Notes: a model not told the origin generated them from the letters alone. Positions 11,090 to 21,428 are shown, numbered from the stretch's first letter. The stretch: 64,000 nucleotides of DNA from Candidatus Levyibacteriota bacterium (GCA_050255815.1 JBLMVJ010000019.1:26-64025), one strand, 5' to 3'. Translations and numbers: made by a program.

Positions 11090-12379
11090 TTACCTGCCTA
11101 CCCCAATTGATTTGAAGCCAATTTTTTCAAGTGTCTCCGGTTCATAAACGTTTCTGCCGTCAACCAGGTAGGGAGTTTTCATAGAGGCCGCAATTTTCTT
11201 CAGGTCTAATTCTTTAAATTCATTCCACTCAGTTAAAACCGCAAGCACGTCTACGCCTCTTGCTGCCTCATACGCATCTATTGTGTATATTACTTCCGGC
11301 ATGAGTTTTTTTGCATTCTCCATAGCCTGAGGATCATATGCTTTTATCTTTGCCCCTTCATTCCTAAGTAGATTAATAATAAAAGTAGAAGAGGCATCAC
11401 GCATATCATCAGTATTGGGCTTAAATGATAAGCCCAATACACCAATGGTTTTTCCACGCAAATCCCCTCCAAATAATTTTATTTTCTTCACAATATCCCG
11501 TCTGGCATATTCATTAATCCGCTCTACTTCATCTAATAATCCAAAATTGTAGTCATGGTCTTTTGCTATAGCCAGAAGTGCTTTTACATCCTTAGGGAAA
11601 CAGCTTCCGCCATACCCTGCACCTGCAGATAAAAATGCTGACCCAATCCGTTTATCTAATCCAATTCCCCTCAAAACATCAGGACCGTTTGCCCCGCATT
11701 TTTCCGAAAGTTTAGCGACGGCGTTTGCAAAGGAAATTTTGGTAGCAAGAAAAGAGTTAGAAGCGTATTTGATAAGCTCTGCGGTTTCTAAATTGGTTAA
11801 AACCAATTCTCCACCTAATGGCTTATGGAGTTCAACCAGTATATCCCGTGCTTTTTCAGATTCATATCCTATCACCACTCTGTCAGGATGCAGGGTGTCT
11901 GAAATTGCGCTCCCTTCCCTAAGAAACTCCGGAGTTGAAGTAAGGTCAAATTTTGCAGTTTCCGGTATATTTTCTGCAATAATCCGCTTAATTTTTTTAT
12001 TAGTTCCTGGCGGAACGGTACTTTTAGTTACTACTACTGTATAACCGGAAAGGTTTTGGGCAACTTTTTCTGCAACGCTAAAAACGGTTGCCAGCTCTGC
12101 ATCTCCGCTTTTCTGCGGAGGAGTCCCAACCGCAATAAAAACAACGTCTGATTCAGAAACTGCAGGAACATAATCTAAGGTTGGGATAAGTCTTCCCTCA
12201 TCAACATTTTTTTTGACTATTTCTTCAAGGCCCGGCTCCCAAATAGGACGTATTCCTTTTTTGAGGTTTTCAATTTTTTCAGGAGTATGGCCAATGATAT
12301 ATACAGTATTTCCTAAGTCAGCAAAAATCGCTGCGGTCACCAATCCTACATAACCATGTCCAATAAATGTAATGCGCAT
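11090..12379 (-). CDS. ugd: UDP-glucose 6-dehydrogenase
   Basis: IGHGYVGL, PEFLREGSA, GYGGSCFPKD, FKPNTDDMR. Confidence 0.92.
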   Translation of the reverse strand: MRITFIGHGYVGLVTAAIFADLGNTVYIIGHTPEKIENLKKGIRPIWEPGLEEIVKKNVDEGRLIPTLDYVPAVSESDVVFIAVGTPPQKSGDAELATVFSVAEKVAQNLSGYTVVVTKSTVPPGTNKKIKRIIAENIPETAKFDLTSTPEFLREGSAISDTLHPDRVVIGYESEKARDILVELHKPLGGELVLTNLETAELIKYASNSFLATKISFANAVAKLSEKCGANGPDVLRGIGLDKRIGSAFLSAGAGYGGSCFPKDVKALLAIAKDHDYNFGLLDEVERINEYARRDIVKKIKLFGGDLRGKTIGVLGLSFKPNTDDMRDASSTFIINLLRNEGAKIKAYDPQAMENAKKLMPEVIYTIDAYEAARGVDVLAVLTEWNEFKELDLKKIAASMKTPYLVDGRNVYEPETLEKIGFKSIGVGR

Positions 12380-12387
12380 ATAATCTT

Positions 12388-13266
12388 TTAACTTCCAAGT
12401 ACGTCTGACATCTCTTGCAACCCTTGGTCAAATGAACGGGGCGAAAATCCAAGATTTTTCATTTTATCATTTTTCAAATATAAATTGAAAGGGCGCTCCG
12501 CTTTTCCCGCAAAGTATTCCGCACGCACTACCTGTCCTATTACGGAAGTATCTACCCCCACCATCTGTGCAATTTTTTTGGCTGCAAGATATGGGGTGAG
12601 GGGAGTATCTCCTACCACATGGTATGTGCCCGTAAGATGCTCCACTATTACTTTGTGTATACCTCCCGCTATGTCATCTATATAGGTAGGAACAAAGATA
12701 TGGTCAGTTACACCTCTCACTTCTTGTCCGTTCTTTAAGCGTTGTGCAATAAGCCGCACAAAATCTTTTTTTTGCGCACTGCTTTTTCCATAAGGATATG
12801 CAATACGTAAAATGGCATGCATCACTCCGGAATTTCTTACCGCTTCTTCCCCCCGGTACTTTGTCTCTCCATACCAGTTAACCGGATTGGGTGTGTCTTC
12901 CTCAATGTATCCTTCCCCTTCCGACTTTTTTCCGTCAAAAACAAAATCAGTAGAAATATAAATGAGGGTTTTACGGTATTTTGAACAAAGGCGGGCAATT
13001 TCTTTAGTAGCAGAAACGTTAACCCGCCAGACCTCTCCATTTTCACCGTTTATCTTATCTTTTTCGCAACCGTCTACATCTGCATATGCTGCCATATGCA
13101 ACACGTACTCATCCGGAAACTCCACCATGTATTCCTCAACTGCTTTGTAATCAGTGATATCTACATTATTATGCCGGGATAATGATATGAAGCCCAGATC
13201 CGGAAGGATTTCCTTAATTCTGGTCCCTACCAAACCGGTCATTCCGGTTGCCAAAATACGGATCAT
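12388..13266 (-). CDS. rfbD: dTDP-4-dehydrorhamnose reductase
   Basis: TGMTGLVG, AAYADVDGCE, ISTDFVFDG, YGETK. Confidence 0.85.
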   Translation of the reverse strand: MIRILATGMTGLVGTRIKEILPDLGFISLSRHNNVDITDYKAVEEYMVEFPDEYVLHMAAYADVDGCEKDKINGENGEVWRVNVSATKEIARLCSKYRKTLIYISTDFVFDGKKSEGEGYIEEDTPNPVNWYGETKYRGEEAVRNSGVMHAILRIAYPYGKSSAQKKDFVRLIAQRLKNGQEVRGVTDHIFVPTYIDDIAGGIHKVIVEHLTGTYHVVGDTPLTPYLAAKKIAQMVGVDTSVIGQVVRAEYFAGKAERPFNLYLKNDKMKNLGFSPRSFDQGLQEMSDVLGS

Positions 13267-14291
13267 GCGCTTTCCTCCGCATCTTGGTATTGTGCGCTAT
13301 AGTATTTTTGATATTCTTCATTTTTCAATTTAGCCCACCATTCTTTGTTCTGCATATACCACTCTATGGTCTTTTCAAGCCAGGTGTCAAAATCAAATTC
13401 CGGCTTCCAGCCTAAATCATGGTTAATCTTAGACCAATCCACAGCATACCTCCGGTCATGCCCTGGCCGGTCTTTTACATACTCTATAAATGTTTCGTCC
13501 TTCCCTAAAAGCCCAATAATCTTCTTTGCTACTGACAAATTATTTATATCAGCAGTTAATCCGCCAACACAGTAGGTATCTCCGGCCCTTCCATTCATGA
13601 GAACAGCCTCTATAGCCCTACAATGGTCCTCAACATGGAGCCAATCCCGCACATACAATCCGTCACCATAAACCGGCACTTTTTTACCTTCCAAAATATT
13701 AGTAATAGCAAGCGGGATAAGCTTCTCCGGGTATTGGAACGGTCCAAAGTTATTGGAACAATTTGTAATGCTGGTATGCAAACCATACGTATCTGCGTAA
13801 GCTCTTACCAAATGGTCAGAAGCGGCTTTGCTGGCAGAATAAGGACTATGAGGATTATACGGGGTCAGTTCATTAAACTTTGCCGTTGACTCTAAAGGCA
13901 ATGCACCAAAAACTTCATCTGTTGAAACGTGATGGAACCTCTTTATTTTTTTTTCTACCGCAGCATCCAGAAGAATCTGGGTACCTACTACGTTTGTTAA
14001 TATGAATTCTGAAGGTTCTTTAATAGACCTGTCTACGTGGGATTCTGCTGCAAAATGGACTACTATATCAACCCCTTCCATTACTTCCTGCACCAGGTTT
14101 ATATCCCGGATGTCTCCTTTGATAAATTTATAAGAAGGGTTATTCTCAACTGACTTCAGGTTGTCCAGATTACCCGCATATGTTAACTTGTCCAGGTTAA
14201 TGACTAAATCATTCTTGTGGTGGGAAAGCCAATAAAGAATAAAATTTGCGCCTATAAAGCCAGCTCCTCCTGTAACTAAAATCTTACTCAT
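13263..14291 (-). CDS. rfbB: dTDP-glucose 4,6-dehydratase
   Basis: TGGAGFIG, DKLTYAGN, AAESHVDRSI, STDEVFG, YSASKA, DRPGHDRRYA. Confidence 0.95.
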   Translation of the reverse strand: MSKILVTGGAGFIGANFILYWLSHHKNDLVINLDKLTYAGNLDNLKSVENNPSYKFIKGDIRDINLVQEVMEGVDIVVHFAAESHVDRSIKEPSEFILTNVVGTQILLDAAVEKKIKRFHHVSTDEVFGALPLESTAKFNELTPYNPHSPYSASKAASDHLVRAYADTYGLHTSITNCSNNFGPFQYPEKLIPLAITNILEGKKVPVYGDGLYVRDWLHVEDHCRAIEAVLMNGRAGDTYCVGGLTADINNLSVAKKIIGLLGKDETFIEYVKDRPGHDRRYAVDWSKINHDLGWKPEFDFDTWLEKTIEWYMQNKEWWAKLKNEEYQKYYSAQYQDAEESA

Positions 14292-14336
14292 AAAATTTCT
14301 CCCCGCCTGTTACAAGAATCTTGCTCATCTTGAATA

Positions 14337-14807
14337 TTATCCCATTATAGGGGTTTGCAGGGGATGTTTCAAATGTTCTGCATATTTTAGGATAATTCCT
14401 CTGTGGTCAAAGGCAAACTCATTTTCTGCCGGTAAAGAGTCTAGTTTAAACCAGTGGATTTCTGAAACCTCATCATTCAGATTTGGCTCTCCTCCAATAA
14501 TTTTTGCCGCAAAGAGAAAGTCAACATTTTGACGGTCTTCTTTTGGCCTGTCAGGCCGGTCATTAACCATAAAAAGTCCAACAATTTCACCCTGGTACCC
14601 TGTTTCCTCCTTTAATTCCCTTAATGCTGCTGACTGCGTGTCTTCATCTCTTCCCAGAAAACCGCCAGGAATAGTGTAGGTACCATGCCTATGGGAAGAG
14701 GTACGCTTGACCAGAAGTATTTCCTGTTTATCGTTTACTACCAGCGTACCTACCGTCACATGTCTGAGTTTTGCAAAGCCGCGGTCTTCAAATTGACAGG
14801 TTATCAT
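14337..14807 (-). CDS. NUDIX hydrolase
   Basis: Nudix box GGFLGRDEDTQSAALRELKEETG. Confidence 0.9.
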   Translation of the reverse strand: MITCQFEDRGFAKLRHVTVGTLVVNDKQEILLVKRTSSHRHGTYTIPGGFLGRDEDTQSAALRELKEETGYQGEIVGLFMVNDRPDRPKEDRQNVDFLFAAKIIGGEPNLNDEVSEIHWFKLDSLPAENEFAFDHRGIILKYAEHLKHPLQTPIMG

Positions 14808-15544
14808 TACAATTCACCTTGGAGTACTTTTTCCTTCACGAGTTGGTTTGCCCTAAGGAGTTCATCATGGGAGGTTCCTGCATCAATCCACCAGTCAATT
14901 ATTTCACAGCCCAGGTTGCCATCCCTCAGATAGTAATTGTTCAAATCAGTAACTTCCAATTCTCCTCTTGCTGAGGGGTTCAGATTTTTAATCAGGGAAA
15001 ATACAAACTTATCATACATATAAATACCGGTTTGGGCCAGGTTAGACTTAGGATGTTCAGGCTTTTCTTCAATAGATAAAACCCTTCCCTCATCATCTAC
15101 CTCTATCACACCATACTGCTTTGACTCCGTAGGCATCCGTACCCCAAAAACTACCGCTCCCCGCTCTACCTTCTCAAATTCTTCAACTATTTTTTTTAGG
15201 TCAAAATTAAAAATATTATCCCCCAAAAGCACCAGGATTTTTTCATCATGGGCAAATTCTTCTGCCAAAGAAATGGCGTCTGCAATTCCTCCTTTAGGGT
15301 TTTTCTGGATTGCATAATACAGTTTCAGCCCAAATTCTTCACCTGAACCTAACAGATTGGTAAATTGGCCTGCATGGTCCGGTCCAGTAGACAACAACAC
15401 TTCTTTTATACCCGCTTTTTGCATGGCTTCCAAGGGGTAATAAATCATGGGTTTGTTGTAAACAGGAAGAAGATGCTTGTTAGTCACAAGCGTCAGAGGC
15501 CGTAAACGTGTTGCTAAACCACCAGCTAATATTAATCCTTTCAT
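14807..15544 (-). CDS. rfbA: Glucose-1-phosphate thymidylyltransferase-like (short RfbA/SpsI type)
   Basis: GLILAGGLATRLRPLT, KHLLPVYNKPMIYYP, EKP, SARGELEVTD. Confidence 0.85.
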   Translation of the reverse strand: MKGLILAGGLATRLRPLTLVTNKHLLPVYNKPMIYYPLEAMQKAGIKEVLLSTGPDHAGQFTNLLGSGEEFGLKLYYAIQKNPKGGIADAISLAEEFAHDEKILVLLGDNIFNFDLKKIVEEFEKVERGAVVFGVRMPTESKQYGVIEVDDEGRVLSIEEKPEHPKSNLAQTGIYMYDKFVFSLIKNLNPSARGELEVTDLNNYYLRDGNLGCEIIDWWIDAGTSHDELLRANQLVKEKVLQGEL

Positions 15545-15719
15545 TTTTTAAAAACTTACTTTTTAAACCAAATAAATGGTTTTTAAAAAATATGTTGAGG
15601 CTCCGGTTGTTCCGAGACTAAACGAGGAACAAACAGGAGTTGAACATATTTTTGTAAATCACGAGTACATGTGTATCAAAAGCTCTTGATACCATCGGTA
15701 CCTCTGGTACCCTTTTACC

Positions 15720-15983
15720 CTATAGCGTTCCGCTCTTTAAAAATGTAAAGACAGCAAAAACAAGGACGCTAATAAGAATATATTCTATCATAATCTTTGG
15801 CTTCATGTCGTGCTCCAGGATATGATGGGATACTCCCATAATGGAATAAATAATAAGAAGCATGGCAAGTGCAAAAGCTTGGGGATTATAGGAAGGAAGC
15901 AGAGAATAAATCAGGAAAAATCCAATCCCTAAAATAAAGGTTTCTATAATGAAATAATTTAAATGAATATGTTTATCCCTCAT
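15720..15983 (-). CDS. Small membrane protein (3 TM)
   Basis: 87-aa hydrophobic ORF overlapping the upstream stop. Confidence 0.7.
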   Translation of the reverse strand: MRDKHIHLNYFIIETFILGIGFFLIYSLLPSYNPQAFALAMLLIIYSIMGVSHHILEHDMKPKIMIEYILISVLVFAVFTFLKSGTL

Positions 15984-16882
15984 AGAATTCCCCCGGATTT
16001 AGTCAAAATTACATACGTTAAGAATAATAGCAGGAGAATAATGTGGTCCAAATTATGCCCTACAATCCTGGGGATTTTGTTTTTCTCCACTATGACAATG
16101 TCTAAAATCAAAACGGCTATAATAAACATCAAAAATGCAACGGTGGCTGATTTTGTCACTATCTGCGCATTCAAAACCGGATGCGATACAACCTGCTCTG
16201 ATGCTGTCTTTAAGACCTGTTTTTGGACCAGCGGAACCGGAACACTTTCCGGTGCAGGATTTTCCTGGGAAGCAACTTTTTGGGGCGGAACAGGCACCTG
16301 TGGGGTACTTTCAACAGCAACGGCAGGTGGAGTTCCAAACATTTGGACAACCAATACGGTATCTTCTCCCAATAGGTTTCCCTCTACCACGGCGAAGCCT
16401 ATATCTTTATATTTATTAGACAATAAGTTCTCCCGGTGTGAAGGTGAATTCATCCAGGCACTTACAATATCTTTTGAAGAAGTAAATCCTTTTGCCAGAT
16501 TTTCTCCCGCATATAAATACTCATAGCCGGAATTTTTTATAAAGTACCAGGGACTAGTCCCATCAGGAGCAAAATGAGCCCAGAAATTATGGGAAAACAT
16601 ATAATCTGCTTTTGCTTTGGCAGCAGCATTCAGCTCTGGGTTTAACTTTAAATCAGTAAGGCCATTTTCCTCACGGGCCACGTTAGTATCTTGTAAAAGT
16701 TCATCTGTGGTTATAGAAAATGAAATTCCCAGGACTGACGGGTTGGAAACGCGCAGGTAAATAGAACCGCAAGACAACAGAATAAACAAAAGAGTGAATA
16801 ATAATAAGGAAGAATTATGGAGAATTTTTGCCCGGTGGTTGTTGGTGTGATGCGGCGTAAATAAATGCCTCAAATAATTCAT
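15980..16882 (-). CDS. CAP/SCP domain membrane protein
   Basis: NVAREENGL, HNFWAH, GENLAKG, WMNSPSHRENLL; start taken at MNYLRH. Confidence 0.9.
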   Translation of the reverse strand: MNYLRHLFTPHHTNNHRAKILHNSSLLLFTLLFILLSCGSIYLRVSNPSVLGISFSITTDELLQDTNVAREENGLTDLKLNPELNAAAKAKADYMFSHNFWAHFAPDGTSPWYFIKNSGYEYLYAGENLAKGFTSSKDIVSAWMNSPSHRENLLSNKYKDIGFAVVEGNLLGEDTVLVVQMFGTPPAVAVESTPQVPVPPQKVASQENPAPESVPVPLVQKQVLKTASEQVVSHPVLNAQIVTKSATVAFLMFIIAVLILDIVIVEKNKIPRIVGHNLDHIILLLLFLTYVILTKSGGIL

Positions 16883-16955
16883 ACACTCTATTATGAGACA
16901 AATTAAAGACATTGCGCAAGAGGGGCGGATAAATTTCAAATTAGAAATTAAAAAT

Positions 16956-17267
16956 TCAGTATTCCGGTTCTACAACTTCCCCCACCGGCTTTCCATTTAC
17001 GGAAACAGAAATCCCAAAAGCCAGTGCATTAGCTATAGCTGCTCCCACCCGTAACCCGGTAAAAGAACCTGGCCCTGTATTTATTTCAATAGCTTTAATT
17101 TCTTCAAGTTTTAAATCTTGTCCTTTTAATATTCTGTCTATAAGCTTTAACACATTTTGGTCACCCGGAGCTCTCCTCTCCTCCTCAAGTTTTAAATCTT
17201 GTCCCTCTTTTTCAAGAACAACTAAAGTCTTTAAATTATTTGACGTGTCTATCCTAAGCGTATTCAT
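16956..17267 (-). CDS. tsaB: tRNA t6A biosynthesis protein TsaB (short form)
   Basis: IDTS, GPGSFTGLRVG; clustered with tsaC and tsaE. Confidence 0.85.
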   Translation of the reverse strand: MNTLRIDTSNNLKTLVVLEKEGQDLKLEEERRAPGDQNVLKLIDRILKGQDLKLEEIKAIEINTGPGSFTGLRVGAAIANALAFGISVSVNGKPVGEVVEPEY

Positions 17268-17303
17268 ACTTTATGCTCTATTTTTCGAGCTCTCCCTCGA
17301 AGA

Positions 17304-17360
17304 ATACCGGGAGTCTCTGGCAAGCGAGGAAGTTTCCGAGCGCGCCAAGAGTTAACGGTA
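17304..17360. repeat. 57-bp hairpin element, copy 2
   Basis: Same flanks and length as 3278-3334; central 18 nt differ. Confidence 0.9.
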
Positions 17361-17369
17361 TACCTGATA

Positions 17370-17951
17370 CTAAATACTTATTTTTATTGCTCCCTCCCTA
17401 ATCTTCTTCCATGGTGTCACCGTTGTATCAATAATAGTGGATTCTTTCTTATACGTACATTCACCTTCCATCACATAATCCGCCTTTTTCAAAACCTGCC
17501 TGTTTACATCTTGAATAGTATAAGGAGTAATTCCCCCTGAAATGTTAGCAGATGTGGCAATGATAGGAACCCCTACAGCTGTTATTATGTTTTGCAATTC
17601 CGCATGCTTTGGCCATCTTACAGCAAGAATGTCCGTATTTCCTGTTACTAATCCCGAAACTTTCCCCAGTTTTGTTTTAAAGAAAATGCTCAATCCTCCC
17701 GGCCAATATATATCTATAAGTTTTGTTTTTACCTCTTCCGGAATAGCCACATACTGTTCTGCCATTTCCTCACTATCCACCAACACCAAAAGCGCATTAT
17801 CAAAAGACCTTTGTTTTATTTCAAAAATCCTCCGCACTGAAGCTTCATTATCCATTCTACATCCAATTCCCACTGCAGTATCCGTAGGAAAAACAACAAT
17901 CCCACCGTTTTTAAAGACTTCGATTGTTTTGTGAACATTATCGTATTTCAT
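17370..17951 (-). CDS. tsaC: Threonylcarbamoyl-AMP synthase (TsaC/Sua5 family)
   Basis: FPTDT..GIG, IFEIKQR, WPG, TSANISG, STIID, REGAI. Confidence 0.92.
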   Translation of the reverse strand: MKYDNVHKTIEVFKNGGIVVFPTDTAVGIGCRMDNEASVRRIFEIKQRSFDNALLVLVDSEEMAEQYVAIPEEVKTKLIDIYWPGGLSIFFKTKLGKVSGLVTGNTDILAVRWPKHAELQNIITAVGVPIIATSANISGGITPYTIQDVNRQVLKKADYVMEGECTYKKESTIIDTTVTPWKKIREGAIKISI

Positions 17952-18052
17952 ATTTAATACCCTGAAATTGATTGATATTGATTGAAATTAATAGAAACTA
18001 ATTGTAATTACAACAAATTTCTAACAATTTCGCGAGCGAAGCGAGCATATTT

Positions 18053-18463
18053 CTATAAATATCTATTGATCAATATTTTCCGCCCTTCCCCTTCTATCTC
18101 AAATTTCACTTCCCACCTTTTCTCCGGAAGATTTTTGAGTTTCTCCGGCCACTCTATCAATTTGATTGAATTTGGGTCTTCCAGCAATTCTTGAATGCCT
18201 ATTTCCTGCAAATTTTTCATACCCTCAATTCTGTAAAGATCTATATGGTGCATATTATTGTGAGTTCTAACAATAGGAAATGTTGGGGAAATAATTCGTG
18301 TCTTCACCCCAAGTCCTACTGCTATGCCCTTCACAAAAGTAGTTTTCCCATATCCTAAATCTCCATAAAGCAACACAACATCACCCGGCTCTAATTCCCT
18401 TGCAAATTCTTCTCCCAGTTTTTGTGTCTCCTCATCCGATGTTGAAAAAAATTCTTGATTCAT
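18053..18463 (-). CDS. tsaE: tRNA t6A ATPase TsaE
   Basis: GDLGYGKTTF, SPTF, HIDLYR, IEWPE; start taken at MNQEFF. Confidence 0.93.
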   Translation of the reverse strand: MNQEFFSTSDEETQKLGEEFARELEPGDVVLLYGDLGYGKTTFVKGIAVGLGVKTRIISPTFPIVRTHNNMHHIDLYRIEGMKNLQEIGIQELLEDPNSIKLIEWPEKLKNLPEKRWEVKFEIEGEGRKILINRYL

Positions 18464-19287
18464 GCTTCTTGCTTCTTTATTCCATTTCTGTATTTTTGAA
18501 AAAGTAGTATACCACAGGCTGTAGCTAAAATCCCAAAACCCAGAAATAAAATCCACGCTCCATTATTTTTCTTTTCTGAAATCCCCGCAATCTCTTCTTT
18601 GACCGGAGTTGGCAATTCACCTTTTATCTGGGAGGATATGGAAGAAACACTTAAGGCTTTTTCAGTAGCGCTCAGGGATGACACAAGAGGAGGCTCAACA
18701 AGATTACTACTTGGCTTGAGCGGAGTTGGTGAATTTATCTTTGAAGGTTTATATGTGGTAGGCATTGGAATTTTTGTTGGGGTGACTTTCATCTGCGTAG
18801 GGGTTGGTGCAGTGGTTGAAGTAGGAGTGGGAACCGTGACTTCAAAAGATAATTCGTTTTGGGAATCAAAAGTTGCAGATCCTGAATTAGTAAAACGTTG
18901 CACTTTAAAGGAGTAGGTCCCGCTTGTAGAACAACCTGAATCAACAGGATCAATTTTTACCTTTAGTGTTCCACTCCAACTGCTATTGGCAACGGAGGCA
19001 AGGTAAAAATTTTTCCAGGCACTGTTGCCGGAATACGGGCCGGAGAAAAAGCTAGAGCCATTCCATGTATACCCACAATAATCGTTTGTTCCCGGCTTAA
19101 AAAATACGCCGCGCAAAAAATAATTAGTACCTTCCTGCGAATTAATAGATAAATCGGTCTGAACAGGAATTTCTGTTTCAGCCGTTATTTGCTTAATGTT
19201 GGCAGAAGTAGAAATACTGGAAGCGTAAACGATAGACGAAAAGAACAAAAAGAATAAAGGGGTTAGGAGGAAAGAATAACGGCGCAT
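18460..19287 (-). CDS. Secreted, C-terminally anchored surface protein with Pro/Thr linker
   Basis: Signal peptide, PT-rich linker, C-terminal TM plus basic tail. Confidence 0.7.
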   Translation of the reverse strand: MRRYSFLLTPLFFLFFSSIVYASSISTSANIKQITAETEIPVQTDLSINSQEGTNYFLRGVFFKPGTNDYCGYTWNGSSFFSGPYSGNSAWKNFYLASVANSSWSGTLKVKIDPVDSGCSTSGTYSFKVQRFTNSGSATFDSQNELSFEVTVPTPTSTTAPTPTQMKVTPTKIPMPTTYKPSKINSPTPLKPSSNLVEPPLVSSLSATEKALSVSSISSQIKGELPTPVKEEIAGISEKKNNGAWILFLGFGILATACGILLFQKYRNGIKKQEA

Positions 19288-19318
19288 ATAGTTCCCTGCC
19301 GTTTATCTAATTGTGTTA

Positions 19319-20560
19319 TCAAAACGTCACTTTGTCAACCTCAAAGATACTCCCCATAGAATAATGGTCGGTAAATTTAATGTCATGCCCATTTGGTACA
19401 TACGGGTCATTCATGACATAGTCTCCGTTACTTCCGCTTTTCAAAACTACAAAATGAGTACCCCCATATGCATGTACTCCTACAACTACCGGATCTCCTC
19501 CTGCCAGAGTAGAATCAATAGCCGCACCAACTCTACTGGATGAAACACCATTTGCAGAAATAGAGTACCGTAAATATGCCGGATAGTATGATGCAAAATT
19601 ATCAGGGTTTGAATTTACGGAAAGTGGGGTAACGTCCCGGTGCCCGTAATGGGTGTATACCATAGCCATAGAAGTAACCAGACAACCGTCACTTGCTATG
19701 GTATATCCCGTATGGTTTAAGGCTACCCCTCCCCATGAAGAATCCCGCTGGTTATAGTAGCAACCCCAACTGTCACAATTTGTCTGCCCGGAGAGGAGAG
19801 AGGCTCCTCCTGCGTTAGAAGTAAATGCGGTGAATCCGGCCAGCTGGGCCTGTGCCTGAGCAAGTAATTTTTGGTAATTTTCTTCACTTCCTTTGGTATC
19901 CGCAAGAAGCTGTTCTTTTGCATCTTTATCCTTATTTAACTGCTCTGTGTAGTCAGTAAGCTGCTGCTTTAAGGCTTCAATTTCTCGCTGTTTTTGGGTA
20001 AGGACATCTTTCTCATTTGCGTAATTCACTTTAGATTCCTGCGCTGCATAAATAGTTTTTTTATCATTTGCTTCAACCAGTTTAAGATAGGTCAAACGGG
20101 TCATGAAATTTGAAATATTACTGGAGGTAAGAAATAATTGCCAGGAATCAATCCTTCCCACCTGATAAGAAACACTTATACGGTTCACTAATGCTTTTGT
20201 TGTTTCCGTGATATTGTCTTCCAACTCCGCTATCTTCTGTCCGGCGGTTGAAATATCATGGTCTAATTGCGCAATTTGCCGTTTTGTGGTTTCAATCCGA
20301 AGCTGGGTAAGTTTTATCTGGTTATCCATAATGGTTATTTGGGAAGAAAGTGTCTTTTCCTGAGACTTAGCGTCTGCAATTTTTCCTTCATAATCTTTAA
20401 TTTTATTTTGCAGGTCTTGGATTGCGCCGGAATTATCAGGCGTTGGGGTTGCAGATGGGGTGGGCGTAGGAGTAGGGTCTTCAGCCTTGACTAAAGAAAT
20501 CTGGCCTAATTGCAGAAAAAGAAAGAAGATTAGCAGAAAAACATATAGCTTTTTTCTCAT
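19319..20560 (-). CDS. Coiled-coil peptidoglycan hydrolase-like protein with C39-like cysteine peptidase domain
   Basis: Signal peptide, CwlO/PcsB-like coiled coil, YNQRD..W, GCLVTSMAM, HFVVL, NDP; directly after ftsEX. Confidence 0.75.
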   Translation of the reverse strand: MRKKLYVFLLIFFLFLQLGQISLVKAEDPTPTPTPSATPTPDNSGAIQDLQNKIKDYEGKIADAKSQEKTLSSQITIMDNQIKLTQLRIETTKRQIAQLDHDISTAGQKIAELEDNITETTKALVNRISVSYQVGRIDSWQLFLTSSNISNFMTRLTYLKLVEANDKKTIYAAQESKVNYANEKDVLTQKQREIEALKQQLTDYTEQLNKDKDAKEQLLADTKGSEENYQKLLAQAQAQLAGFTAFTSNAGGASLLSGQTNCDSWGCYYNQRDSSWGGVALNHTGYTIASDGCLVTSMAMVYTHYGHRDVTPLSVNSNPDNFASYYPAYLRYSISANGVSSSRVGAAIDSTLAGGDPVVVGVHAYGGTHFVVLKSGSNGDYVMNDPYVPNGHDIKFTDHYSMGSIFEVDKVTF

Positions 20561-20564
20561 CAGG

Positions 20565-21428
20565 TTATTTCAAGTATCTTAGCACTGCAATGAAACTTGC
20601 AAACATCCCTAAAAAACAGGCCGCTAAAAGCTCTACTCCTAAAATTTCAAGGGATAATATATAAGAAATGGGAAAGATGGGCACACCCTGCAGGAAGCTT
20701 GAGATTTGCGGAGTAAATCCCAGAAGGATTCCATAAGTAACTCCCCATCCAATTATTGCACCAACAAAGCCATAAATAGCCCCTTCCAGTAAGAAAGGGG
20801 TTCTGATAAACCAGCCGGATGCACCTATAAGACGCATAATTTCTATTTCCTCCCGTCTGATAGTGATTTTTATCCCAATAATAGTAAGGATCACGAAAAT
20901 AGATACTAGAACCAGTGAGGTAATCACCACAATCCCAACTATCCGTAATGCATTTGTCCATGCAATTAGCCTATCCACAATATCTTTTTGGAAAGAAATC
21001 TGGTCAATATTTTTTGATGATTTAATAAGCGGCACCAGGGTGGAAAGGTATTCTGCTTTTGATGTCTGAATTTCTAAAGATGCTGGCAGAACATCAGCAG
21101 TAACCAAGTCCAGAGTAGCCGGGTCATTTTTATTCTGTTCCTTAAAAATCTTCAGGGCATCCTCTTTGGAAACATATCTAACAGATATAGTTTTCCCCGT
21201 ATCTTCAAGTTTTTTCTTCAACGCGTCAATTTCTGTTTTGGATGCCTGATCCGTGAAAAACACGGTTAGCTGAGGACGGCTTTCCAAATAATCAATTAAC
21301 CGCACAGACAAAATAGTCAAAAACGCAAAAATAGAAACTGCAAAAAAAGTAAGCGTTAAAATCAGCGCTGCAGAAATAGCCTGATAGGGCGACCTTCTCA
21401 TGTATTTAAAAACGGTTTTAAAATGCAT
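20565..21428 (-). CDS. ftsX: Cell division permease FtsX
   Basis: YVSKEDAL, LPASLEI, RREEIEIMRLIGASGWFIRTPFLLEG. Confidence 0.92.
   Translation of the reverse strand: MHFKTVFKYMRRSPYQAISAALILTLTFFAVSIFAFLTILSVRLIDYLESRPQLTVFFTDQASKTEIDALKKKLEDTGKTISVRYVSKEDALKIFKEQNKNDPATLDLVTADVLPASLEIQTSKAEYLSTLVPLIKSSKNIDQISFQKDIVDRLIAWTNALRIVGIVVITSLVLVSIFVILTIIGIKITIRREEIEIMRLIGASGWFIRTPFLLEGAIYGFVGAIIGWGVTYGILLGFTPQISSFLQGVPIFPISYILSLEILGVELLAACFLGMFASFIAVLRYLK

Noticed and set aside
16956-17267. tsaB pseudogene
   Set aside because: Clean start and stop, intact GPGSFTGLR motif and operon context; treated as a natural minimal form.
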